This document shows, one piece after another, positions 26,095 through 36,858 of a stretch of 64,000 nucleotides of DNA. The stretch is taken from contig NIVC01002660.1 of NCBI GenBank assembly GCA_002269645.1, positions 62,001 through 126,000 on the forward strand, written 5' to 3'. The notes beneath the pieces were generated by a model. The model saw nothing but the letters and a program-made list of their open reading frames with translations, was not told where the DNA came from and made no database searches. The position numbers and the translations under genes were made by a program. The stretch is from Macrostomum lignano (Eukaryota). Position 1 is the first letter of the stretch, and every line of letters starts with the position of its first letter.

Positions 26095-27927
26095 ATTGTT
26101 GCACTCGTAGCATTTTTGGACTGTGCAAGTAAGGAGCAACTGGTGTGCGAACACTGGCTAAGGGACTTAAGAAGGAAGTTGAGAGTCGATTTCCGGATGT
26201 CCTTCAGCTGGACGATGATCTGCTCCTTGCTGCAACAGTGCTAGACCCACACTACAAAATATCAGGCATTCGCGATCCTGTCTCTGCAGCTAAAGCTACT
26301 GCCGCAATGAATGCTAAGCTCCAGCAGATTTTTCTCTGCAACCACATGAGCTTCCAGGGTGACTATGCCTCTGCCTCTGATACCGTCATTATTGATGACA
26401 ATTCATCTAGATCTAGCTGTGGTACAACAGTTGCTACTCAAGACAATGAGCTATTTTAGCCATCCAACCAACCAAGGCTCCGACCATTGATGCTGGAAGA
26501 TTTCGACCCAATAAAATAGTCCTCTGAGCAGCCTAGGGAGAACAGCAAGGAGCAGCAACCGGTAGAAGTAGAGTTTGCCGAACAATTTAAGTGCTACCTT
26601 GGTGAGCCAGGTAAGTTTTTACTTTCACTTGTTCTTGGTTATTTTTGCATTCGTTTTTTTAATTTTATGTACATAGGGCCTCCAATACACTTAAGTTAAA
26701 CCCTGTTGCAAATCCTTTCTGTACAATGGAATCTAAAGAACTCAAATTGAAAGTAATAGAGAAACTGAAATCAATTTCACATTTTACTTAAGTTCTTATA
26801 CTTATATACATATTTCTAATACAGTGTTTCCAATACTAGCTAGAGGTGTCAAACAACAAGCAGCAGCAACACTCCGATTTTGGGCGACATCCAGCTTTGG
26901 CCATGTGCAATTTCCGGTCTTGGGCATCCTTGCCCGCTGCCTATTGGCCGTGCCACCTACCAGTGCAGATGCTGAATGCCTTTTCAGTACAGCAGGCAGT
27001 ACGGTTACAAAGAAGCATAACTGACTGAGTCCAGAGGGAGCCAAGATGCTTTTTTTTATTGAGAACAATTTAAATTTAAAATAACGATGATTAACTCAAC
27101 TGTATTTCTCCACAATAAGCATGCTGCAGTAGGTGATTATTAGGTGCTAGTACCTTATAGCTATAGCCTGGTGCTATCTTTACCTTTAGTAATGTTTTTA
27201 ATTTTTTTATTTTTACTATCTCATTGTTCTGGTTTCATAGTTTTGCCATATAGCCCATTAGGCATTATCTTTTTGCCACTACATGTATCTTGTTCTGCTG
27301 CCACTATTTTGTTGAAAGCAAGTTTTTTTACTTTTTATTTTTACCATCTTTTTGCTGTATGATTATGATTGAAAATTGATTGAAACCAAAGAAGACAATA
27401 GACAATGCAATAAAATGAAAAAGAAAAAAATGTAACATGCAATTTCTTAGTCATTGGAAATTTTGAAGCAGCTTTATTTGAACAAATTCATATATTTATC
27501 TAATGATATTAAACATACACATTGACCTTGGCACGTCAGTCATAGATTCATATTGTAGCGAAACAAAACAGAATCACAAGACAGAAAACTGAAAAAGGCA
27601 CCAAGCACACAATTGCATACAACAATGCTATAGAATACTTAAAGATATTATATTTACGAAAAAAATAAATGAATATTAATGCATGAACAAACAACAAGTA
27701 GGTTTTATTGCTATCCTTTTATCCTTTTTATCTGTCCTTTTTTGTCTGCCCCACTTTTCATGCAAAAATATCAATTTTTGTTATACATTATGGCTATAGT
27801 TATGGCAAATTATGGTTACGGACTTTTTTAGCCTGTAATGACGGCAAAATTTGGCTACAGAAGTTGCTTCTTTCTTACGGCTACAGTTACGGTTACGGAG
27901 GTCAAAACTCGCGGCGGCGGAACACTA
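26095..27927 (+). pseudogene. Decayed intron-containing hAT transposase (C-terminal part) with the probable 3' end of the element
   Basis: LAATVLDPHYK; exon end EP|GTAAGT at 26610 with acceptor at 26824; dimerisation domain FPVLGILARCLLAVPPTSADAECLFSTAG...HN*LSPEGAKMLFFIENNL; frameshifts and stops; TACGGTTACGG subterminal motifs and a possible terminus CGGCGGAACACTA at 27927. Confidence 0.85.
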
Positions 27928-29250
27928 AAATTTGAGTTTGAGATCCAGCATCAAAAATCAAGTCAGCATCAGAATGCCGACGGTCTCTCGAGACAGCCCA
28001 AGGACGACGCCAAATGTTTAGAGGAGGCTCAACATGAGGCAGCTGATGAGGACTAAAGTAAGCAGCCAGCCGCAATAACTGGCACAGCAGCGCCGAAGGT
28101 CCATGACAGTGGCCACCCTAGCCTTCCACCAAGCAAGAAGCAACCAACCTGCTGGAATTGACGGAAACTGCCAATGAAGCCAAAGGAGTCCAACGGTGAG
28201 GCTATGCCACCAGCAACATCGACAGCTGACAGCAAGCCGCTGATAGCGCTGCACCCGCCAGCGACGAAGCCGAGGCCATCAGCCAGCCATTTTCAAGACT
28301 CACAGAGGTCGCCTACTAGCTTTAGCAGCACAACATGTTGCCCTTCAAGGAGCCACCATCTACTAGCTAAAGGCAACAAGGATAGCAACCATAGCGCAGC
28401 CAATAACGACCACTGCCAACCCGCTTGCCATTCTAAGTTCAAGAAAGTGAGTTTCAGCCTTGATGCTAACAGTTCTGCTAACTCACTCTCATCTGCTGAC
28501 GAGTCCAATTCCAACAAAAGGGATGCCGAAATGACCAACAAGGATCGGCCTTCAAATTTTTCAATGACCCGGCAACCGGCCAGAGTAGTGATTGTGCGGA
28601 GGGAGCTCCAGACCCTGAACCATGTAGCCACAGCCGAAGCCGGGTCAACTAGTTTGACTAACAGATGCCAAACCTTGAACTTAACTGATCACATCCCGAG
28701 ACCAGTCACTCGAGAGGAGCTCCAGACTCATCAATGTGCTGACTCTGCCATGGGGATGATGATCAACCTTATCGAAAGTCGACTACCGAAGCCACCATTA
28801 AATCAGCATTTAAATCTAACAAGAGAAGAGCGAAATCTCTTTGTAGCATTCTATGAGCAATTGGAAGTCTGAGGCGACGGACTATTAGTCATCCATCTCG
28901 ATGATATTGGCGAGGAGGACAAAGCGAGGATTGTATTGTCAAAGAGTCTCGATGCCACGGTGTTTGCCAACCTGCATGGTTTGCCTTACTGCAGACACAT
29001 GGGCCGAGATCTTACTATCGCAGAGGTGCGCGAGAGGTTCTGGCAACCTGCCCTGCCTTGCCCTGTCTGACTATGTCGCTTCCTGCTAGACCTGCACTCA
29101 AAGCAAAGGATGGCGATGTATCCCAGTGCATGTACAGTCATTTCCGGTCTGCAAAGTCTATGGGCGATGCGCGATCGACATCATGGGCCCCACTGGAGAC
29201 CCAACAGACTGAGGCAATAAGTACATCATAACCTACATCAATACTATGTT
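27928..29250 (+). mobile_element. Degenerate Ty3/Gypsy pol fragment (end of RNase H, linker, integrase zinc finger and start of core)
   Basis: FEIQHQKSSQHQNADGLSRQP; H...HMGRDLT...RERFWQP...C*TC; IDIMGP...NKYIITYI; several stops and frameshifts. Confidence 0.85.
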
Positions 29251-29254
29251 GAAA

Positions 29255-29690
29255 TATCCATTTCTCTTTTCCTTATGCTTTCCGGATAAAAAAACAGGCA
29301 TCAAATTTTAATTTCAATGTACTTTTCCTTATGCTTCAGGGATAAAAGCAATTTCTTTTTTCCTTATGCTTTCTGAATAAAAGCATGTGTTAAATTTTAC
29401 TTTCAATGTACTTTTCCTTCTGCTTCAGGGATAAAAGCAATTTCTCTTTTCCTTATGCTTTCCGGCTAAAAGCAGCGTTTTGAATCTTTTAGTTCTCATG
29501 TATAGTGAAATTCTCATCTAACCAATGCGATCGATATTTATTCAACGCGTCAATCTTTAATCAATGCGATACAGTATTTTGTGTTTTATCTGCTTCTGCG
29601 AATCCCTGTTCATTGTAAACTTCTTCGCACACAACCAAAGTGCAGAGGTATCCCCCTTTTTTCCTTATGCTTTCAGGAGAAAAGCAGTTA
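29255..29690. repeat. Clustered TTTTCCTTATGCTT(TC)..GATAAAA motif repeats
   Basis: Six or more copies in a loosely tandem arrangement; may be a transposon subterminal region. Confidence 0.6.
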
Positions 29691-30487
29691 ATTATTGTAA
29701 ACCTTCCAGTTCAATTAAAACCGAAGGTCCTTTTTTTCTCTCTGCTATTTGGTGAGCCTGCTGTCTAAGGGCCAATTTTGTCTGTGCCCCATTCAGGTCA
29801 AGCGCCTCGGATCTAGGCCTTGTTCTCAGCGGAGGGCATTTGAGGTGATTTGACCCCTGTTCTTTGTTTGATTTTGCTTGAGCCTGGGAACACTGTAAGG
29901 GCCTCCAATTTTGGCTTCCCTCTCCCAGTGCCAGAGGTAGCCCCTGTTTCATTATAACTCCCTATGGAGTCTCTGCATGCCATATCGGTAGCTAACCTAC
30001 TTTATTCTAACATTATCAATAGTAAGGAGCCCGCCTTTGCTCCCTTACTACTTTATTTTATTTTAGCTGTTGTTTATGCATTAACCAGTCTTTTTTAATT
30101 GCTCTCCTCCATTTGATGTAAGCTGTTTAAGGCTTTTAAGGCCCTAATTCATTCTAAGTTAGACCCCCTGCTGCGGTTAGCTATCTGTTTTATTACTCTG
30201 CGATTTGTCACCTACCCCACCTCCATGTGTGCCCACCATAGAGTGCATTCTGGGCAGTGACTGGTGCCCTGTTCCAATGCGTGAATTCCCCTCATTCATT
30301 GCTTGGGCAGCCACTTGCATATATAAGGCAGCTAAGTGCCCCTCACTGTTGTTAATTTTATAAATTTTCTCTATGCGCTTAGCCAAAATCCAATCTGCCT
30401 CCTATAATATTCCATTGTCCTAATCATCTTCCTGTATATGTTTTTCATTGTTGCCCTAATTGCTTTATCGTTTGTTCAATCTGCAAC

Positions 30488-30880
30488 ATGATGTCCAGCA
30501 ACCTGGCATCTGAAGGTGCTACTGGCCGGACCTCGGACCTCGAGGCCGCATTTGCCCAAGCCTCCTGGTTCCAGCCCAAGGAAGTGCTCACTCTGCGCGC
30601 CCTGACCTCTACCTCTGAGGGCAAGGCACCAGCCCAAATCCAATTGCAACAGGCACTTGATGCAGCCGTGCTCCAGGCAGTGAGCAAAGGCCGCATAAGA
30701 ATCGATGCCCAATGGCAGACTATGTGCGGCTTAATGCAGCCATCTGCAGCCAAGGAGATTTTGGACAGCTACATAGCCAGTGTGGAGGAAAGCCTCTACC
30801 AAGGGCAGAGCCCCCAACTAGCCCTAGCTTTACTATTGACCCGTGCCTACATGGAGGCCGGCCTCCTCAAGAATGGCTAG
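30488..30880 (+). CDS. Unidentified 130-aa ORF or relic fragment
   Basis: GC-rich coding-like island in AT-rich DNA. The frame continues past the TAG (DLHLKAYWDATMEIYPKRL), suggesting a decayed sequence. No family recognised. Confidence 0.25.
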   Translation: MMSSNLASEGATGRTSDLEAAFAQASWFQPKEVLTLRALTSTSEGKAPAQIQLQQALDAAVLQAVSKGRIRIDAQWQTMCGLMQPSAAKEILDSYIASVEESLYQGQSPQLALALLLTRAYMEAGLLKNG

Positions 30881-32775
30881 GATCTCCATCTAAAAGCATA
30901 CTGGGATGCCACCATGGAGATATATCCCAAAAGACTATAGCTCATTGACAGCCAGCTGTGCATTTATGGCTGGCCCCTAGCTCCGTTGTGATTAGTCTGT
31001 GTGATTTCTGGCTTGATTTGTGCGAATGCAATGCTAACCAGTTTCGAAGGAAAAACCCCAACTTTTCAACAATATTTACTGTTTAAAAAAGAAATCTTAT
31101 CTTTCCATCTTAGATGCCTACTTTTGGCATGCAAAGCCAATGCATGCCTGATTTTTTGGACATATACAATATGATCTATTGATCCAGAGTATGGCTTATA
31201 TAATATAACCTTTAGGCCTAATATTAATAGAAAAAAGGTATTTGATTAAAATAATTAAACATTGCACAAATAAACATTTCTTGGAAATAAGCATATTTAA
31301 AAAGCACAGGATGGCCTATAAATAAAAACTCAATTAAAATAGAAAATCTAGGCCTAAGCCTAACTTATATGCATTGACTAGCCTAATACTGTTATACTAA
31401 AATAGCCTAGGCTCTATTTAAAAAAATGATAATACACAATTGTTCTTCCTTTATTGTTGCCAAATTTGTTTATTACCAAATGGGTCAGCACCCAGTCACA
31501 TTTTATTTATTTAGATTTTAAATTAATTTTGAGACTTATTTATGACATAAAGAATGAAACAAATTTATTTATTACATATCTATCATATCATGTATTAAAG
31601 AAATAGCTTATGTGCCTATGCTATAAATTTTATAATATAACAAAAAACCTAACCTTAAATTTTAATGATACTAGTTAAAGTTATCATTTACTTTCAATTA
31701 GCAATGAATGCTAATAATAGAAATAGATACTTATAATTCATGTTGCATGCCTAGTAAAAGCTTTAACTTTAACAACTATAATTAATACTAATAGTATAAA
31801 GTTATTAATATTAGGCCCCTAGTGTTAATGCTTCCAGATAATGCTTCTAGGCAAACAATTAGTACAAAACTCTACTATTTGCATTGTAAAAGTATAGCAA
31901 ATTTAGAGCACAATGGGCCATACGTTTAAAATTGGACCTAAAGAATTCAGTCATTTAGTGAAGCATCAAAATATTATTATTAAATAGGCCCTAGTAGAGC
32001 ATGAAACGGTTGTAAAATGTTAAAACCAGCTCAATATGATATATTTGTGATAGCGGTACAAACAGGTACAGCCCGCCAGCTTTGACATTGGTTTAACATG
32101 GTAATCTGTACCAAGCTACTACCACACAAGTCACGACCGAGGTCGCTTCGCCGGGCCGATTAGGGTGTTTTTTCTTTTTTGAAATCGCGCGCAAAAACGT
32201 ATTTTTATCATTATTGGCTCACATTTTACGCCGACGTAGCATATATCTTTGAGTCTCAAAGATATCAATAAGAGAACATAAACTGTAGTTTCGAGAAAAA
32301 CTCTATGATTATGTAATTCGTTTTAACCGCAAATGCCGTGTATTTTAGATTTCATTGTCAACAACTCGGTGGTAAAGTAATTAACAAGGCAGCCAGTAGT
32401 TTAAATCAACATTTTCAAATTAAACTGCAGTTATTCGAAAGAGGTATAGCTTTATTTAATGTAAACAATCTACAGTATGATTAATTAAAGAACGTGTTGC
32501 ACATGTAAGCCTACATAACAGCGCATGAAATACAATACGCGAAACGTGTATGCGTAAACATGTTTTACAAAAGTACCTGCTCTAACACAAAACGTACTCT
32601 GAATAATCCGTATTAAATAACCTTGTAAGCTAAAAATGTTCATACCTATGTACATGTACACGACACATACAGTACACACATGCACACGATACTCTACTTC
32701 AACACTCAACACTTGAATTTGAATTTGAAGCTTTCAGTTTCAAGCTACTGCACAAAATACTCGTATATTCAAATT

Positions 32776-33793
32776 TCAATTTCCTGACTCTCGAACTTTC
32801 CCGTTGGCGGCGGCGAATACGGCGGCCCTAGTTAGGGCAGACACCACTCGGCTGTTGAGCAACAGTTGACCAGTAGAAAAAGGCAATGATGGTGGCCCAG
32901 TTTTCGTGGAATAACTTGAAGAAGGTGAAGATGAAGATTGCTCAGCTGATGAGAAGTCTTGACAGTGGCTGCTTCCATCGACAATTGTGAAACCGGGAAT
33001 AATGAAGCCCTGTATCGTGGAAGAAGTAAAGTAATGAATTATTGGTTTCGTCGCATTTTCGCGGCTTCGCATGCGTGCACTTTCATGCTAAGTTTCAAGG
33101 TGGGGTCAAGGTAGGCACAAGTTATAAGATTTGCACCCAATCTATCAATCGATGAAATTAAGTAATTATCTATGGACCAGGTCTTTGCCGATTGCTGGCT
33201 AGAGATAGGTAATTTCTTGTCTACTAACTCACCCCATCCTCCGGATCGACAATAAAGTCGCATTCTTCGTCCCTTGTGGTCGATTCGTTCTCACCGCTGT
33301 TAACCTGGGCTACGACGAATCCGAGCTCCTCGTGCGGTTGCGTTCGCTGGCCAGCCAGCTCGAGCTTGATTCGCTTTGTTGCTGATGGAGGAGAGTCCTC
33401 GTCAGCATCATCGAGACTCGGCGACTCTTGCGGCAATTCACCGCCGCCCAGCTCACCGCTGAGAATCTCAGACTCGATAGCGACAGTGGCAACATCGTCA
33501 ACACGATCCTGATTTAGCTCAGCCTCCGCTTCTGCCGGCATCACTGACGACTCAGTAGAAGCCTCAGTCGTCGAAGACCACCGACCGTCTTCAGCTGGCC
33601 TGCTACTGGCGTCCGGCATCATCATAATACCAACTATTCTACTCTGCAGTTGCATAGCTAGCAGCAGGGCGGACATCAAGTCAGACTGGTCTAGATTAGG
33701 CAGCATGGCCGAGGCGCAGGCCAGGGTGTCTTGGAACTGCGCCAGCTCTATGAAGACTTGTTTGTCTTCTGTTGTTGTTGATCTATCGGCCAT
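32776..33793 (-). CDS. Orphan acidic/S-rich protein (~264 aa), N-terminal paralog of the 36859-39048 gene
   Basis: ATG at 33793, exon to 33233 (GGG|GTGAGT), acceptor TACAG| at 33009, in frame to the stop at 32776. Shares a 42-aa motif with its neighbour. Confidence 0.6.
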
Positions 33794-34699
33794 AGTTAAT
33801 GTGAGATTTGCCAAATCAAGTAAAAGTAGCTAAAATACTAAACAACTGAGATAGAGGCAAAATTTTCTATCGCCTCTATGGACTTCAACAGACTAGCTAT
33901 CTAGCCTAGGAGACGGGGAGCTCGGCCATAGACTAATCACAACCCAACAGCTACAATGCATCGAGCAGCCATGGAAAAAAGCAATCGTGGGGAGGGGGGT
34001 GGCCCAACCATTGCTTTCCATAGTCTATGGTCAAAAGGCTCGAAATTAAACGGAGAAAAACGCAAAAGTAAAGAAAAACAGAATATTTTCTCAGACTACA
34101 ACTATAAAACTGAATTCTGATTGTGTCAGTCACCTCAGCAAAAATTGGTAGAGATTAACGTGTTTATTTAATTACTATATAAGAAGCAAAATTATATGTT
34201 TGGTAATACTCGGATATTTTACACAAGTTGTTGCGATAAAGTACTTTACTATTAACAGATTGGTAAGTCCAAGCATTAGCGCATGTATGATGCGTTTATA
34301 GAAGAACGACATCGATGTGACAGTATTGTGACTCGATCAGAGTGAACGCTATTTACAAAATTTTCTGTTAATTTAACAAAAAACAACATAAAGAAGAGAA
34401 ATTTATTATATATCGAATTGATACACAATTATTTGATACTATTCAACCTAGACTAACCAAATTAATAAACTGTTGCTAGCTGTTATTATGCCAAAAAGCT
34501 GGACTTCTTGCGCTTTGCTTTGAGAAATCGGGGGCTAATCAGGTCAGTTAAACAGTGCAGTTGAGAAAATGCCGCAACATGTTACTAGCTTGGGAAGAAC
34601 GTTCAGAAAAAGCTACGAGTATTTTACAAGCTAGAAAGATTGAATAATTCTGCCCAATTTGTGAATCTGAGTGTGGCAATGTCCGCCTGAGGGACTGGA

Positions 34700-36010
34700 A
34701 GTGTGATCTGAGGATCTGAGAGTGTGAGCTGAGGATCTGAGAATGTGAGCTGAGGATCTGGGAGTGAGCTGAGGATCAGAGAGTGTGAGCTGAGGATCTG
34801 AGAGTGTGAGCTGAGGATCTGAGAATGTGAGCTGAGGATCTGGGAGTGTGAGCTGAGGATCAGAGAGTGTGAGCTGAGGATCTGAGAATGTGAGCTGAGG
34901 ATCTGGGAGTGTGAGCTGAGGATCTGGGAGTGTAGTCTGAGGATCTGAGAGTGTGAGCTGAGGATCTGAGAATGTGAGCTGAGGATCAGAGAGTGTGATT
35001 TGAGGATCTGACAGTGTGATTTGAGGATCTGGGAGTGTGAGCTGAGGATCTGAGAGTGTGAGCTGAGGATCTGAGAGTGTGAGCTGAGGATCTGAGAGTG
35101 TGAGCTGAGGATCTGAGAGTGTGAGCTGAGGATCTGAGAGTGTGATTTGAGGATCTGGGAGTGTGAGCTGAGGATCTGAGAGTGTGAGCTGAGGATCTGA
35201 GAGTGTGAGCTGAGGATCTGACAGTGTGATCTGAAGATCTGAGAGTGCGATTTGAGGATCTGAGAGTGTGATTTGAGGATCTGAGAGTGTGATCTAAGGA
35301 TCAGATAGTGAGCTGAGGATCAGATAGTGAGCTGAGGATCAGAGAGTGAGCTGAGGATCTGAGAGTGTGATTTGAGGATCTGAGAGTGTGATTTGAGGAT
35401 TTGGGAGTGTGAGCTGAGGATCTGAGAGTGTGATTTGAGGATCTGGGAGTGTGAGCTGAGGATCTGAGAGTGTGAGCTGAGGATCTGACAGTGTGATCTG
35501 AAGATCTGAGAGTGCGATTTGAGGATCTGAGAGTGTGATTTGAGGATCTGAGAGTGTGATTTGAGGATCTGAGAGTGTGATTTGAGGATCTGAGAGTGTG
35601 AGCTGAGGATCTGAGAATGTGAGCTGAGGATCTGAGAATGTGAGCTGAGGATCTGAGAGTGTGAGCTGAGGATCTGAGAATGTGAGCTGAGGATCTGGGA
35701 GTGTGAGCTGAGGATCTGGGAGTGTAGTCTGAGGATCTGAGAGTGTGAGCTGAGGATCTGAGAGTGTGAGCTGAGGATCTGAGAGTGTGAGCTGGGGATC
35801 TGAGAGTGTGAGCTGGGGATCTGAGTGTGTGAGCTGGGGATCTGAGTGTGTGAGTTGGGGATCTGAGAGTGTGAGCTGGGGATCTGAGAGTGATTTGAGG
35901 ATCTGAGAATGTGAGCTGAGGATCTGGGAGTGTGAGCTGAGGATCTGGGAGTGTAGTCTGAGGATCTGAGAGTGAGCTGGGGATCTGAGAGCGTGATTTG
36001 AGGATCTGAC
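34700..36010. repeat. 21-bp minisatellite (GAGTGTGAGCTGAGGATCTGA)
   Basis: About 60 units. Confidence 0.97.
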
Positions 36011-36574
36011 AACTCAACAAGAGAATTTGAGAGTTTGACCAAGATAAGTTAGCTGAGGTATATAGATGCCAGCAACCGAGCATTAAAATTTCTCCCGCAA
36101 AACTACAGCCAAAAACTGTTACTGTTGGAAGCATGGCAACTGGAAGGGATAACACTATAAGGACGCGAGGAGAAGCAATGTTTGCTTTAGAAATATGTGG
36201 CCTAAATTGAAAATTAAAAATATATATATCAAAACAACAAAACTTCTCAAGCTGTTATTGAACTACAAGGAAGGAATTTATGCAACAAAGCAAACTCTCT
36301 GCTGATTTAGTAGGAGAAGCTGTAGTTAATCTCAGGAGCTCGAATGCTGCTGCTTTTTTCGTTGCATAAAGATCATTACCTACCGAGGGAAGTTTAAAAA
36401 AAAATAAGCGGAAAAGATTCGAATGCAAAAAATGCGCTACTTGCCTACTGAGTAACAATAGCAGTAGTATATAATGTGACAAGATGTGACGATTGTATCG
36501 ATATCGACAGAGAAAATAAAAAATAGCAAAAAACTGCTTGCAGTAGAGGAGGAAGGACAATGCCGTCAAATTTA

Positions 36575-36718
36575 CGAGAGGTGTCCAAAAAGTAGTGGGG
36601 AGTTTCAACCTAGATTGAACGTACTAGATTGGATGTAAATTGTGAATGCCGGCAGCTGAATCTGAATCCAACTGTAAGCTAGGTTGAAATTTCCCACTTA
36701 CTTTTTGGACACCTTTCA
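36575..36718. mobile_element. Tc1/mariner-type MITE, 144 bp
   Basis: TA|CGAGAGGTGTCCAAAAAGTAGTGGGGAGTTTCAACCTAG ... CTAGGTTGAAATTTCCCACTTACTTTTTGGACACCTTTCA|TA: ~39-bp imperfect TIRs with a TA duplication. Confidence 0.85.
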
Positions 36719-36858
36719 TATCAGGAGTTGAAAACCGATGCATAAGCTAGCCTTGAATGAATGCTTCCGATAAAGTTGAACTGCCCTGTCTCTGCTATAC
36801 TACTAGCGATCCTAGGGACAGACAGAGCACAGGGACAGTGCGCACGGAACTGAACCGG

